A stretch of 64,000 nucleotides of DNA, taken from contig JBPCXB010000211.1 of the NCBI GenBank assembly GCA_051008935.1, forward strand, positions 8,503 to 72,502, in the 5' to 3' direction. How positions within the stretch are numbered: the stretch's first letter is position 1; the number at the start of each line of letters is the position of its first letter. The notes below the pieces were generated by a model that was given only the letters and a program-made list of their open reading frames with translations, ran no database searches and had not been told where the DNA came from. Of this stretch, positions 25,774-35,800 are shown in pieces. The position numbers and the translations under genes are program-made. The stretch is from Gammaproteobacteria bacterium (lineage in GTDB: Bacteria; Pseudomonadota; Gammaproteobacteria; JBPCXB01).

Positions 25774-27857
25774 CTAAAGTTCCCTTTTTCAGAGGCTAGT
25801 TTTTGCAGCAGCGGAGCAGCCGTCCAGAAATCATCTTGGGTCAGCTCCTTGAGAGCGGTAATCTCGCGCTGGATCTGGTCTAGTCCGATTGAATTGGCGT
25901 AATGCATGGGGCCGCCGCGCCAGATGGGAAAGCCGTATCCAAACACATACACGACATCAATATCACTGCTTCTGATGGCAATGCCTTCTTCTAGAATCCG
26001 CGCTCCTTCGTTGATTAAAGGATAGACACAACGCTGTAGGATTTCATCGTCGCTGATCTCCCTTCTTTTGTATCCCATTTCTTCAGAGATTTGGACAATC
26101 AGGTCGTTTATTTGTTCCGAGGGTATCGGGGTGCGGCTGCCTGCTTCATACTTATAAAAGCCTTGGCCACTCTTCTGGCCGTAGTGTCCGAGTTCGCAGA
26201 TTGCATCGGGAATGCGTGCGGTCAGCTCGTTGCTGCCGCCGGCCATTTTGCGTGCGCGCCATCCCAGATCAAGCCCGACTAAGTCGGCCATCTGCATGGG
26301 GCCCATTGGCATGCCGAATTCATACATCACTTTGTCAATCTGAACGGGTAAAGCGCCTTCGAGTAGCATGGTGCCGGCTTGGCGGCTGTAGCCTGCAAGC
26401 ATCCTGTTGCCTATGAATCCAGGGCAATTGCGCGCCAATACTGGGATTTTGCGCAGTTTTTTGCCGAGGGTCATGGCGCTGGCTATGGTTTCTTTGCTGC
26501 TCTCTTTGCCGCGCACCACTTCGAGCAGCTGCATGACATTAGCCGGGCTGAAAAAATGCGTGCCTATGACTGATTCAGGTCGGGAAGTAGCGGATGCAAT
26601 GGCGTCAATATTCAATGCCGAAGTGTTGGTTGCTAGAATGGCATCGGGTTTAGCATCCTGATCCAGGCGTTTGAAGATATCCTGTTTGAGGTTGAGGTTT
26701 TCATAGACGGCTTCAATAATGATATCGGCCTGAGCTACTGAATCGTAGTTCAAACTGGCTGATATGAGCGCCATAGCGCGATCCATCTGTGCTTGGGAAA
26801 TGCGCTTGCGAGCGACTTGCGAACTGTAGTTTTTTTCAATGACGCCGATGCCGCGTTTGAGATTTTTTTCGTCTTGATCGATGACTGTGACCGGGATCCC
26901 TGAATTGGCAAAGCACATGGCAATACCACCGCCCATTGTTCCCGAACCTATTACTGTTGCGCGTTCCAGTGTTTTGACGTTGGTGTCAGATGGCACGTCT
27001 GGAATGCGGGCAGCCTGCCTCTGACTGAAGAAGATATGAATCATGGATTCACGCTGCTTGCTAGTGAGGCATTGGATGAAAGCCTCGGATTCTACTTTCA
27101 GACCTGCGTCAAAGTCTGTGGTCGCTGCAGCCTTGATGCAATCTAGGATGCGCATTGGTGCTTCTTGGCCCCGTCTGGTGCGGTTAGCAAGCTGACGGAA
27201 AGGTTCTAGGATTTCATCGATACGCCCAGCATCTTTTTCGAGGGCTTCGGTGTTGTCGCGGACTTTGGGCAACTCGCCCGCAGCGGCTTTCTTCAAAGCG
27301 AATTCGATGGCATATTCCAGCAGATTTTCCGGCACGATTTCATCGACAATGCCCAGTTTCAGCGCTTCGTCTGCTTTTGCTGGTGTGCCAGAGATCATAA
27401 AGGTACTGGCGCGTTCCAAGCCGATCAGCCGCGGCAGCCTCTGGGTGCCGCCTGCTCCGGGTAGAAGCCCTAGGTTGACTTCTGGAAGCCCTACTCTGGC
27501 GCTGGGCGAAGCCAGCCTGAAGTTGGTGCAGAGGGCTACTTCCAGCCCGCCGCCTAGAGCTACGCCGTTGATGGCGGAGACAACGGGTTTAGAACTGGAT
27601 TCTATTTGTTGCATAACCGTTCCCAAACTGGCCCCTTCGAGCTTGGTCTGGCCAAATTCAGAAATATCTGCCCCAGCAATGAAAGCATTGCCGGCACCGG
27701 TAATCACAATCGCTTTGATGTCGTCATCGGCCTGAGCTTGAACCATGCCGTCGGCTAGCCCCTGACGAATGCCTGAACTCAAAGGATTGACTGGAGGGTT
27801 GTCCAGTGTCAGGATGGCAACTTGTTTTTGGGTTTCGTAATGAACGGTTCCTTTCAT
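25770..27857 (-). CDS. bifunctional enoyl-CoA hydratase / 3-hydroxyacyl-CoA dehydrogenase (FadB/FadJ-like)
   Basis: The N-terminal crotonase fold reads VITGAGNAFIAGADISEF and GGGLEVAL. The central NAD-binding motif is VIGSGTMGGGIA. No thiolase gene is adjacent. Confidence 0.88.
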   Translation of the reverse strand: MKGTVHYETQKQVAILTLDNPPVNPLSSGIRQGLADGMVQAQADDDIKAIVITGAGNAFIAGADISEFGQTKLEGASLGTVMQQIESSSKPVVSAINGVALGGGLEVALCTNFRLASPSARVGLPEVNLGLLPGAGGTQRLPRLIGLERASTFMISGTPAKADEALKLGIVDEIVPENLLEYAIEFALKKAAAGELPKVRDNTEALEKDAGRIDEILEPFRQLANRTRRGQEAPMRILDCIKAAATTDFDAGLKVESEAFIQCLTSKQRESMIHIFFSQRQAARIPDVPSDTNVKTLERATVIGSGTMGGGIAMCFANSGIPVTVIDQDEKNLKRGIGVIEKNYSSQVARKRISQAQMDRAMALISASLNYDSVAQADIIIEAVYENLNLKQDIFKRLDQDAKPDAILATNTSALNIDAIASATSRPESVIGTHFFSPANVMQLLEVVRGKESSKETIASAMTLGKKLRKIPVLARNCPGFIGNRMLAGYSRQAGTMLLEGALPVQIDKVMYEFGMPMGPMQMADLVGLDLGWRARKMAGGSNELTARIPDAICELGHYGQKSGQGFYKYEAGSRTPIPSEQINDLIVQISEEMGYKRREISDDEILQRCVYPLINEGARILEEGIAIRSSDIDVVYVFGYGFPIWRGGPMHYANSIGLDQIQREITALKELTQDDFWTAAPLLQKLASEKGNFS

Positions 27858-27883
27858 GGGTACTGGCTCTGCTGGTGGTGTAT

Positions 27884-28630
27884 TTAATGCGGTGGCGGCT
27901 GGGCGAAATAGTCGGGCGCCTGCGTTCGAGTTTGATATTCTACTTGGATGTCATTTTCGTGGTGTATTTGGCCAGCTGTGGGCGGCGGACGTGTGGTAAT
28001 CAGCAGGTGCGGGCGGTTGACGGCAAAGAGGCCGCATTCAATGATCCCTGGCAGGGCGCATAGCTGCTGCTCGCTAGTTGCAATTGACGGTGATAGGTCA
28101 AACCCTGTGACATCTATAACAGGATGGCCGTTGTTGGTCAGATAATTGGGTCTGACTGTGGCGGTTGCTTGATGTTGTTCGAACCACCGGCACAGAGAGG
28201 TGCGGGCAAAGTCAATGATTTCGAGCGGGATAGGGCAGCCCTGAAGGTTAGGAACCACTTTGGAATGGTCGCACAAGCAGACAAAATACTGTGCTTGTGA
28301 CGCCAGTATTTTTTCGCGCGTTAAAGCCCCGCCGCCACCTTTGATGGCGCAGAGTTGAGGGTCAATGAAATCGGCGCCATCTATATAGATATCCAGTTGT
28401 TGCATTTGCTCAGGCGGCAGGATCGCAATGTTGCGGTTTTTGAGTCTGTCTTCTGACTCTACGGATGCGGCAATCACCGCATTCACTAGCCCCGGATTGT
28501 CACCCAGAGCATCTATTAGACAGTTGACAGTGGTGCCGCTACCGACACCTAAGGTGAGTGGTTTTTCTTGTAGCTGAGGTAACAGCCAGTCGACGGCAGC
28601 CTGAGCCAGCTTTTGTTTAACGATTTCCAT
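27884..28630 (-). CDS. rpiA: ribose-5-phosphate isomerase A (about 30-aa C-terminal extension)
   Basis: LGVGSGTT, IDGADFIDP and KGGGGALTREKI are present. The tail PPPTAGQIHHEND... extends beyond the usual RpiA end. Confidence 0.88.
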   Translation of the reverse strand: MEIVKQKLAQAAVDWLLPQLQEKPLTLGVGSGTTVNCLIDALGDNPGLVNAVIAASVESEDRLKNRNIAILPPEQMQQLDIYIDGADFIDPQLCAIKGGGGALTREKILASQAQYFVCLCDHSKVVPNLQGCPIPLEIIDFARTSLCRWFEQHQATATVRPNYLTNNGHPVIDVTGFDLSPSIATSEQQLCALPGIIECGLFAVNRPHLLITTRPPPTAGQIHHENDIQVEYQTRTQAPDYFAQPPPH

Positions 28631-28699
28631 GCTATAAAATTAGGGGCTTGTCTTTGCCTCTTGTGGCATTATACTTTTTATAGTAAGCAGTCTTGGGTG

Positions 28700-28735
28700 G
28701 TAGTTACTGCCCGGTAGTTAAGTAGTTGAGTAGTC
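28700..28735 (+). promoter_or_regulatory. four direct GTAGT(T/C) repeats upstream of the LolA-like gene
   Basis: GTAGTT occurs at 28700, 28714 and 28722, and GTAGTC at 28730. These lie 47-82 nt upstream of the ATG at 28782. Confidence 0.3.
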
Positions 28736-28781
28736 TAGGAATGTACGAAATGAAAATAGTTCAAATTGATGTCAGAGTTAG

Positions 28782-29576
28782 ATGATGATGAGGGCAGATG
28801 TTAGGAAGCTAAGAGGGTCCGTTGTCAAGGGCATTTTTTTAGGGGTATTAGCTGTTTTTGTGCTGGAGCCAGCAGTAGCGGCCCCCAGCGGTCTGGATAT
28901 CATGCAGCAGGTGTATGATCAGAACCGCATTCACAAGAATCAGCAGTCTACTGTGGAGATGCGTATCTATGATCGTAAAGACAAGGTGCGCAAACGTTGG
29001 TTTAAATCGAAATTTAGAGTTTTCAAAGACCGCAGCAAGTCGATGCTACGGATCTACCGCCCTACTTCTCAGAAGGGCATTGGTCTTTTGAGCGAATCTG
29101 TAGACAGCAAGGAAAATTCAGATCAGTGGATTTATCTGCCAGCATTTCGTAGCGTGCGTAAGATTAATAGCCAGAATCGCAATCAGAGTTTTTTGGGGTC
29201 GGATTTAACCATATCGGATATGGCTGGGCGCAAGCCTAATCAGGATACTCACAAGCTAATGCGAGACGATTCGGATTACTGGATCGTTGAAAGCCGTCCT
29301 AAGTCATCTGAAGATGCGTATTCCCGAGTGGTGACAGATGTTCATAAAGCCAGCAAAGTCGCTACTCGTGTGGAATTTTATGACCGAGAAGGCCGTTTGC
29401 TTAAAACCCTCGAAAATCAGCGCATCAGCAACTTCAACGGCATGTATGTAGTTGTCGAAGCCCTCGTTTCGAATGCGCGCACGGGTGGACGTACTGAGTT
29501 GGTGCGCTCAAAAATAGACATTAAAACCAAGATTGGTCCCAATGAAGTAGGGCTAAGAGGGTTGGAGCAGAAATGA
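28782..29576 (+). CDS. outer-membrane lipoprotein-sorting (LolA-like) protein
   Basis: There is a signal peptide. The segment QWIYLPAFRSVRKINSQNRNQSFLGSDLTISDM matches the characteristic LolA-like family signature (YLPAlRRvRRIs...SF.GSDft.eD). Confidence 0.7.
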   Translation: MMMRADVRKLRGSVVKGIFLGVLAVFVLEPAVAAPSGLDIMQQVYDQNRIHKNQQSTVEMRIYDRKDKVRKRWFKSKFRVFKDRSKSMLRIYRPTSQKGIGLLSESVDSKENSDQWIYLPAFRSVRKINSQNRNQSFLGSDLTISDMAGRKPNQDTHKLMRDDSDYWIVESRPKSSEDAYSRVVTDVHKASKVATRVEFYDREGRLLKTLENQRISNFNGMYVVVEALVSNARTGGRTELVRSKIDIKTKIGPNEVGLRGLEQK

Positions 29577-31492
29577 TGCGTGTTGCAAGATTAATTTTTA
29601 CAAAGGAATACCGGAGCGATTGGATGCAATCTTTGAAACTATATGCAGGTCTGCCGGTCTATCTGGCTTTTGTGTTGCAATTTGCAGCAGGCAGTGCTGG
29701 TGCTGCAGACAAAATGGATCTAGGGTTGTGGGCAAATAAAAGCCCTGCCGACCAGTGGGTGCAATTTTACCGACAGGATCAAGTATCGTCTTTGCAATCG
29801 CGCTCTGAGGGTGGTCCGGTTTTTGATACCGGTGACAGTGATGCAGATGAATCAGATAGTGATGCTGATGATTTCAACATATTTGAATATCTCAATATTC
29901 AGGCATTAGTGGGATTTTCGAGCGGAAGTAGCCTGAGCCGTGAGTTCAGCGTGCTGCGCGTTGGAGGGCAGTATGAAACAGGTATCGTCAGTCTGTATGG
30001 AAATTTCCTAGCCAGTGCGTTGACCTCTGATCTGGATCTGGAATTGACCTCCTTTGTGCGTAATCGGAAGGAGCAGTGCCTCATATTACCGCGTGATAGC
30101 GCATCACGCCAGCCGGTACAAGAGTTGCTTTGGGACAACAATAACTGTGATGACAATATTGATGCCGCAGATACAAGGGTATACGAATTTAAAGCGGGCA
30201 GATCTGAAATTGATGAACTCTATGCAACGTTCACCTTTACTGACAGTCTCTCTCTGACAACGGGTCTGACAAAGCTCGTTCTGGGTCAATTTTCTTTTGT
30301 ATCACCAGTCCATATGTTGTTACCGCTCAATAGTGAGCAACAAATTGGTTTCAGTAAGGTTGGAAGCCGTGTACCTCAGTTTAGTGTGGAGCTTAATTAC
30401 TATCCCATCGATAGATTGCAGGTACAGTTGGCGATCATGCCGGAAACTCGGCTGGATGCTGCTCAGGAAGAGCTGTATGCTGTATCGTATCGTGACGATT
30501 ATTTCGGTGGGTCTGGGGGGGGTCTAACGATCAACCCCGCTGTTGGCTATGATGCTGGTGCGGATGCAGGTGCAGTATTTGCAGATTCAGAACAGCAACT
30601 GATTCGGTTGGTCTATCGTCCGAGTTGGGGAGCAGTAGGATTTACCATGTACTCTGGCGGGTTTAGCCACTTTATTGTTGAGTTTTTGCAGGCCGATTGC
30701 GATGTGCAGGTTTACTGTGGCAACAGCTACACATTGACAGATCTTCAGGACACCGATCATACTGGCTTGGGGCACAGCTTGACTAGCGCGCCCAGGCTGG
30801 CAGATTTAGATGCTGTGGCATTTGAAATTGCCTATACTGCCGGCAACTGGAATCTTATTGCTGAATATGCACGGTTCTCTACAGAGGCCGATATCCCTGT
30901 TGATGGGGCATTTCATGCTCTGAATAACTGTAGTTCGCAAGCGTCGTCGCTGTCTGATTGCCGGACTCAGGGTGAGGCATTGAATTTTGTGCAGATTCTA
31001 TCCGCCTTGAATGGTGGTCGGGGTTATCTGGATGTGACTTATGATGTCATTGCCATTGGGGCTGAGGGGCGCAGCAGCAGCGGCAGCTGGAATTACAGTT
31101 TTGAATTGTTCAACATTACAACCACCTTAGACGACCCGAACGGGCTATTGGACAGCTTGAGAGCAGCACCTAACAGTTTTGATGAGAATTGGGGCAGTTC
31201 GCTGGATGATCAGTTTTCGGATTTGTTTTTTCCCGTGTTTTCCATCAATAACAGCCATACATTGCTGGGGCGCCCAGCCAACTGGGGTGTTGGCTTAGGC
31301 TTCTTTTTCCAATTTGGCGGGATATTCAGCTATTACACTGTCAATGTAACGGATAACGTTGCTGTGCAACTGGGCTTTGAATCCATTGAGCGAGTTAGCG
31401 AGAGTAATACCGCCGATAATGACAATGAGCAATACGATCTCGCAAATCAGATGTCTACCGGCCTGTCTTTGGCTGTAGAGGTGCGTTTTTAG
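29573..31492 (+). CDS. putative outer-membrane beta-barrel protein (family unassigned)
   Basis: A signal peptide follows the internal Met at 29624 (MQSLKLYAGLPVYLAFVLQFAAGSAGA). An acidic tract reads DTGDSDADESDSDADD. Aromatic/polar segments alternate, and the C-terminus ends ...LSLAVEVRF, an OMP-type terminal Phe. The gene overlaps the upstream stop by 4 nt. Confidence 0.5.
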   Translation: MMRVARLIFTKEYRSDWMQSLKLYAGLPVYLAFVLQFAAGSAGAADKMDLGLWANKSPADQWVQFYRQDQVSSLQSRSEGGPVFDTGDSDADESDSDADDFNIFEYLNIQALVGFSSGSSLSREFSVLRVGGQYETGIVSLYGNFLASALTSDLDLELTSFVRNRKEQCLILPRDSASRQPVQELLWDNNNCDDNIDAADTRVYEFKAGRSEIDELYATFTFTDSLSLTTGLTKLVLGQFSFVSPVHMLLPLNSEQQIGFSKVGSRVPQFSVELNYYPIDRLQVQLAIMPETRLDAAQEELYAVSYRDDYFGGSGGGLTINPAVGYDAGADAGAVFADSEQQLIRLVYRPSWGAVGFTMYSGGFSHFIVEFLQADCDVQVYCGNSYTLTDLQDTDHTGLGHSLTSAPRLADLDAVAFEIAYTAGNWNLIAEYARFSTEADIPVDGAFHALNNCSSQASSLSDCRTQGEALNFVQILSALNGGRGYLDVTYDVIAIGAEGRSSSGSWNYSFELFNITTTLDDPNGLLDSLRAAPNSFDENWGSSLDDQFSDLFFPVFSINNSHTLLGRPANWGVGLGFFFQFGGIFSYYTVNVTDNVAVQLGFESIERVSESNTADNDNEQYDLANQMSTGLSLAVEVRF

Positions 31493-31541
31493 CATCTGAT
31501 TTGCTAGCAACAGCAGTTGCATTTGTTTGAGATAGCGGATC

Positions 31542-33854
31542 GTGCGTTCTTTAGTAGCTACTTTACTGGTTCTGGTCTGGGCCGCTTTCCTTGTGTTCTT
31601 GCTTTGGACTGTACGGCAACTTGAATTCAATAACGATCGCTGGTTGGCAGAAGACCATCCAGTAGAGCGTAGTTTGGATTGGCTGGCGGAAGATTTTGAT
31701 GCTGGCGAGACCTTGCTGGTTATACTGCCTCTCAAGGAACGCTGGTTTACATCTCCAGAAACGCAGAAGCATGTCGAGGATCTGGAAGATCAATTGTCGG
31801 CTTTGCCGTTGGTTTTGGAGTCATCTTCGCCGCTGACAGCGCGTACCGTTATTCAGCTGCCGCCATCTGCTAGTCAGCCGGTACCGGTATTGGAAATCGG
31901 TAGCTTTAGCTATGCGATTAAACAACAAGCCATCTCGCCTGATGCGCAACAGGCATCGGGCAAGAAGAGCTACGAGCAGGCTTTTAGGGACAGCCCTTAT
32001 ATGGGCTATCTGCTGTCGGCTGACACCTTATTAGCCGCAATCAAGCTGAAACTGGATACCCGCGAGAATCATCAAGGGCGCCAAGTAGTGATGCGTGAGA
32101 TACAGCAAACCATTCAAGGCAATTGGGGAGATGACTATTGGCTGGTAGGTTCTGCTGCGATCAAGAATGAGCTCAATCTGAGATTGGGTGATGATACGGT
32201 TAGGCTCCTTTTATTGGCAGTGATAACCGCATTTGCTTTGCTGTATTTGCTGCTAGGATCTTGGCGGCAAGCGCTTCTCATCTCAGTATGCGCTTCGAGC
32301 TGTATGCTTGTTGCCCTGTCTTGGCTGGTGTGGCTTGGCATCCCTTTCAGTGCGCCCGCATTGATTTTGCCGGTCATGATTATCACGGTGTCAGTAGCAG
32401 ATTCGGTTCATCTGACTTTGCATTGGAATCGGCTGTATCGCCAACATCCTTCGGCACAGGCGGCTTGGACGGCTTTGAAAAACCTATGGCTGCCGTGTTT
32501 TTCAGCCAGCTTGACCACCGCTATAGGCTGTGGGTCGTTTATATTGAGTGATATTGTCATTCTTTCAGAGTTCAGTGTGGTGGCTATTCTAGGTGTCTTT
32601 ACTGCCTATCCACTGATGATTGCCCCATTGATTGGTGCTTTGGCATTGAAGCCTGATTGGTTTGATGCAAAAGTTTCAGGGCGTTTGGGCATTGAGCGCT
32701 TGTACATCTTGTTGGTTCAGCCTATAGAGAAGCGCTTGAGGCAGGGCCAAACCGCCCAAATACTTGTAGCGTCTATGGGGGTGCTCGTGGTGAGTTTGGT
32801 GTTGGCAGCAGGCTTATACCGACTGCATACAGAGAGCAACTTTCTGGCGATATTTTTTGATGAAAGCGATCATATCCGCCAGGGCTTTGATTTAGTAGAC
32901 AGAGATTTAGGGGGGTCAGGTTCTGTAGAAGCGATTCTGTCGTCGGATCAAGACTCTTACTTCAGTTCGTATTCAGCGATGGAATCAGTAGCTTCTGTAG
33001 AGGCCGCACTGGAGATACCGAATGTGTTGCGGACAGATAGTTATTTGATACCTATCCGCCAGGTTCATCCGCATTTGTCAGGACAGCAGGGTTTGCCAGA
33101 GAATGATGCAGAGCTTGCTCAGGAGATTGCTTTTCTTGAATATTCGCGTTCAGAAGAACAGAGAGGCGTCCTAGAGCCCTATAGCGATTTTTCTTACAGC
33201 GCCTCTCGGCTGTCGATGCACACGCCTAATCTGGGGTCTTCAGACCTCGCTGTGCTGCTGGATGAGGTCCAGGATACCGTCGATCAACAGGGCAACTGGA
33301 CAGTGACTTTGACCGGTTTTGGCGTGTACCTGCACAGCTTGGCTGAATTAATTTTGGAGACGCAATTGTTGAGTTTAATGCTGACTTTTGCGTTGATCTT
33401 TTTGGTCTTTCTGGCTCAGTTCAGAGGTTGGCAATCGGTGTTAGGTGTGGTTGCCAATATGTTGCCCCTTGCAGCGACGGCAGGTTTAATCAGCTGGTTA
33501 GGGCTGCCCTATGATTTTGGTACTATTCTGGTGATTGGGGTGACACTTGGGTTTGCAGTGGACGATACTCTGCATTTGCTACACCATTACGCTCATTTAA
33601 AGAAGCAAGATTTGCCAGCTGATCAGTGCTTGGCACAGGCACTGCAGCTATCAGGCCCGGGGATTCTAACGGCCGGTATAGTTTTAGCTTGTAGTTTGGC
33701 GCTGCTTCTATCTTCTAGCCTTGTGTTGATCGACCGATTCGCTGTTTTTTCCATCTTTGGTCTGGTGGTCAGCTTGATCTGTGCATTAGTCCTCTTACCG
33801 GGTATGCTGTTAGCATTAGACAAGCGCAGAAGCGCAGGCCACAGCATTCATTAA
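31542..33854 (+). CDS. RND-superfamily / MMPL-type exporter
   Basis: The start is GTG. The protein has 770 aa with two blocks of about 6 TM helices, each preceded by a large soluble loop. This architecture is typical of COG1033/HpnN-like lipid exporters. Confidence 0.75.
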   Translation: MRSLVATLLVLVWAAFLVFLLWTVRQLEFNNDRWLAEDHPVERSLDWLAEDFDAGETLLVILPLKERWFTSPETQKHVEDLEDQLSALPLVLESSSPLTARTVIQLPPSASQPVPVLEIGSFSYAIKQQAISPDAQQASGKKSYEQAFRDSPYMGYLLSADTLLAAIKLKLDTRENHQGRQVVMREIQQTIQGNWGDDYWLVGSAAIKNELNLRLGDDTVRLLLLAVITAFALLYLLLGSWRQALLISVCASSCMLVALSWLVWLGIPFSAPALILPVMIITVSVADSVHLTLHWNRLYRQHPSAQAAWTALKNLWLPCFSASLTTAIGCGSFILSDIVILSEFSVVAILGVFTAYPLMIAPLIGALALKPDWFDAKVSGRLGIERLYILLVQPIEKRLRQGQTAQILVASMGVLVVSLVLAAGLYRLHTESNFLAIFFDESDHIRQGFDLVDRDLGGSGSVEAILSSDQDSYFSSYSAMESVASVEAALEIPNVLRTDSYLIPIRQVHPHLSGQQGLPENDAELAQEIAFLEYSRSEEQRGVLEPYSDFSYSASRLSMHTPNLGSSDLAVLLDEVQDTVDQQGNWTVTLTGFGVYLHSLAELILETQLLSLMLTFALIFLVFLAQFRGWQSVLGVVANMLPLAATAGLISWLGLPYDFGTILVIGVTLGFAVDDTLHLLHHYAHLKKQDLPADQCLAQALQLSGPGILTAGIVLACSLALLLSSSLVLIDRFAVFSIFGLVVSLICALVLLPGMLLALDKRRSAGHSIH

Positions 33855-33876
33855 GAGCACCGTTGTTCTGAACAGA

Positions 33877-34398
33877 TTGACCGCATACAGTTTTGGGTTT
33901 AGAAGTAGGCTGGAGCGGGTTTCAGCTGCACTGGGGCTCATTTGCCTTTGGGTGCCGTTGGCTATGACTGCATTGACTGTGACGATCGTGTTGTTGCGAT
34001 ACGTCTTTCAGATCAGTCAGCCGGTACTACAGGAAACGCTGATCTACGTCCATAGCCTCGGTATCGCAGCTTTGTCTGGATACACGCTGTATCGGGATGA
34101 GCATGTGCGCATCGATTTTCTTTATGTTCGCTTTACAGATAGGCAAAGAGCATGGGTCAATCTAATCGGTACATTTGTGTTTTTCATGCCTTTCTGTGCA
34201 GTCATGGTCTGGTTTTCGTATGACTATGTCGCTCAATCTTGGGCTGTGCGTGAGATTTCTGCGGACTCGCAGGGGTTGCCTTTTGTCTATGTGCAGAAGG
34301 CGTTGTTGTTGCTGCTGCCTGCGCTGTTGGCGGCACAAGGCGTGGCGCTGGCGCTGAAGAGTGTAGAGTGTCTGTTGGCCGAGAGCGACCCGAGATAG
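33877..34398 (+). CDS. dctQ: TRAP transporter small permease subunit
   Basis: The 173-aa protein has four TM helices, including the DctQ-like stretch YVHSLGIAALSGYTLYRDEHVRIDF. It lies immediately upstream of dctM. Confidence 0.75.
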   Translation: MTAYSFGFRSRLERVSAALGLICLWVPLAMTALTVTIVLLRYVFQISQPVLQETLIYVHSLGIAALSGYTLYRDEHVRIDFLYVRFTDRQRAWVNLIGTFVFFMPFCAVMVWFSYDYVAQSWAVREISADSQGLPFVYVQKALLLLLPALLAAQGVALALKSVECLLAESDPR

Positions 34399-34402
34399 AC
34401 CA

Positions 34403-35800
34403 GTGATAGTAGCGGAATCTTATTTGGCGCTGCTGCTGGTTGCAGCCCTATGTGCTTGTCTGGTAGCTGGCTATCCAGTTGCATTTACCTTGGCAGGAGT
34501 GTCGATACTCTTTGCCTTTCTAGGTGCGGCATTGGGGGCTTTTGACTTGGCACTGCTATATACCTTGCCCAGCCGTATTTTTGGCATTTTCAATAATTCC
34601 ACGTTGACAGCAGTCCCTTTATTTGTGTTCATGGGCAGTGTGCTCGAAAAATCTGGTATCGCTGAAGATTTGCTGTCTGCTATTTCTGACGCTAGCCGAA
34701 ATGTGCCGGGTGGTTTGGCTTTTGGAGTGCTGTTGGTAGGCACCTTACTGGCTGCCAGTACTGGAATTGTTGGAGCGACAGTCGTTACCCTCAGCCTGTT
34801 AGCCCTGCCCACCCTGATCCGTAGAGGCTACCCACACGATTTAGCCAGTGGTACGGTAGCTGCTACAGGTACGCTCGGTCAATTGATTCCGCCTTCTGTG
34901 GCGCTGATTCTGCTGGCAGATGTAATGGCCAGCTCTTACCAGCAGGCGCAATTGCAGCAGGGGATTTTCAACCTCCAGACCCTGTCCGTTGGGCAACTTT
35001 TTATGGGAGCTTTATTGCCCGGGTTGGTATTGGTAGGGATGTATGGGCTGTATCTAGGTATTCGCATGGTCCGGACTCCTCTGGACGCTGACTTGCCTCA
35101 GGGCGCCCTGGCCAAGAACGCAATAGCCACGATAGATCTGACGGGGCTCATGCAGAGTATGCTGCCCCCTACTGTGCTGATTATTCTGGTGCTGGGCTCT
35201 ATTCTGGCAGGGATTGCGACACCGACTGAGGCAGCAGGTGTTGGTGCGTTTGGTGCTGTGTTGCTGGCTTTAATGCGTCGGAAATGGAATGTGGCTGTCT
35301 GGGCCGGCTGCTCGCGCTCTACCCTCACCACTACGAGCATGGTGTTCACTATCTTGATTGGTGCCTCTGTTTTTTCGCTGGTTTTTAGAGGGTTGGGCGG
35401 GGATGCGCTGGTAGAACAGCTGTTTACTAATATTCCGGGTGGAACTGTGGCAGCCATTGTATTGGTGATGCTGGTGGTATTTATATTGGGGTTCATACTG
35501 GATTTCATTGAGATTACTTATGTAGTATTGCCCATTGTCGCGCCGGTCATTCTGTCTTTAGGTGTGGACCCGGTCTGGTTTGCGGTGATGATTGCAGTCA
35601 ATCTGCAAACGTCTTTCTTGACGCCGCCTTTTGGATTTGCGCTTTTTTATATGCGTTCTGTAGCCCCTGCCGAAATACAGACGCCAAGCATTTACAAAGG
35701 CGTCATTCCCTTTATAGGGATACAGCTTCTGCTGCTGGTATTATTGGCCTTGTTCCCGCAGATTGCGACTTGGTTACCTATGCAGGTTTACGGCAACTGA
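34403..35800 (+). CDS. dctM: TRAP transporter large permease subunit
   Basis: The 465-aa polytopic protein has DctM-like segments (VPLFVFMGSVLEKSGIAEDL, GTLGQLIPPS, TPTEAAGVGA). Confidence 0.88.
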   Translation: MIVAESYLALLLVAALCACLVAGYPVAFTLAGVSILFAFLGAALGAFDLALLYTLPSRIFGIFNNSTLTAVPLFVFMGSVLEKSGIAEDLLSAISDASRNVPGGLAFGVLLVGTLLAASTGIVGATVVTLSLLALPTLIRRGYPHDLASGTVAATGTLGQLIPPSVALILLADVMASSYQQAQLQQGIFNLQTLSVGQLFMGALLPGLVLVGMYGLYLGIRMVRTPLDADLPQGALAKNAIATIDLTGLMQSMLPPTVLIILVLGSILAGIATPTEAAGVGAFGAVLLALMRRKWNVAVWAGCSRSTLTTTSMVFTILIGASVFSLVFRGLGGDALVEQLFTNIPGGTVAAIVLVMLVVFILGFILDFIEITYVVLPIVAPVILSLGVDPVWFAVMIAVNLQTSFLTPPFGFALFYMRSVAPAEIQTPSIYKGVIPFIGIQLLLLVLLALFPQIATWLPMQVYGN

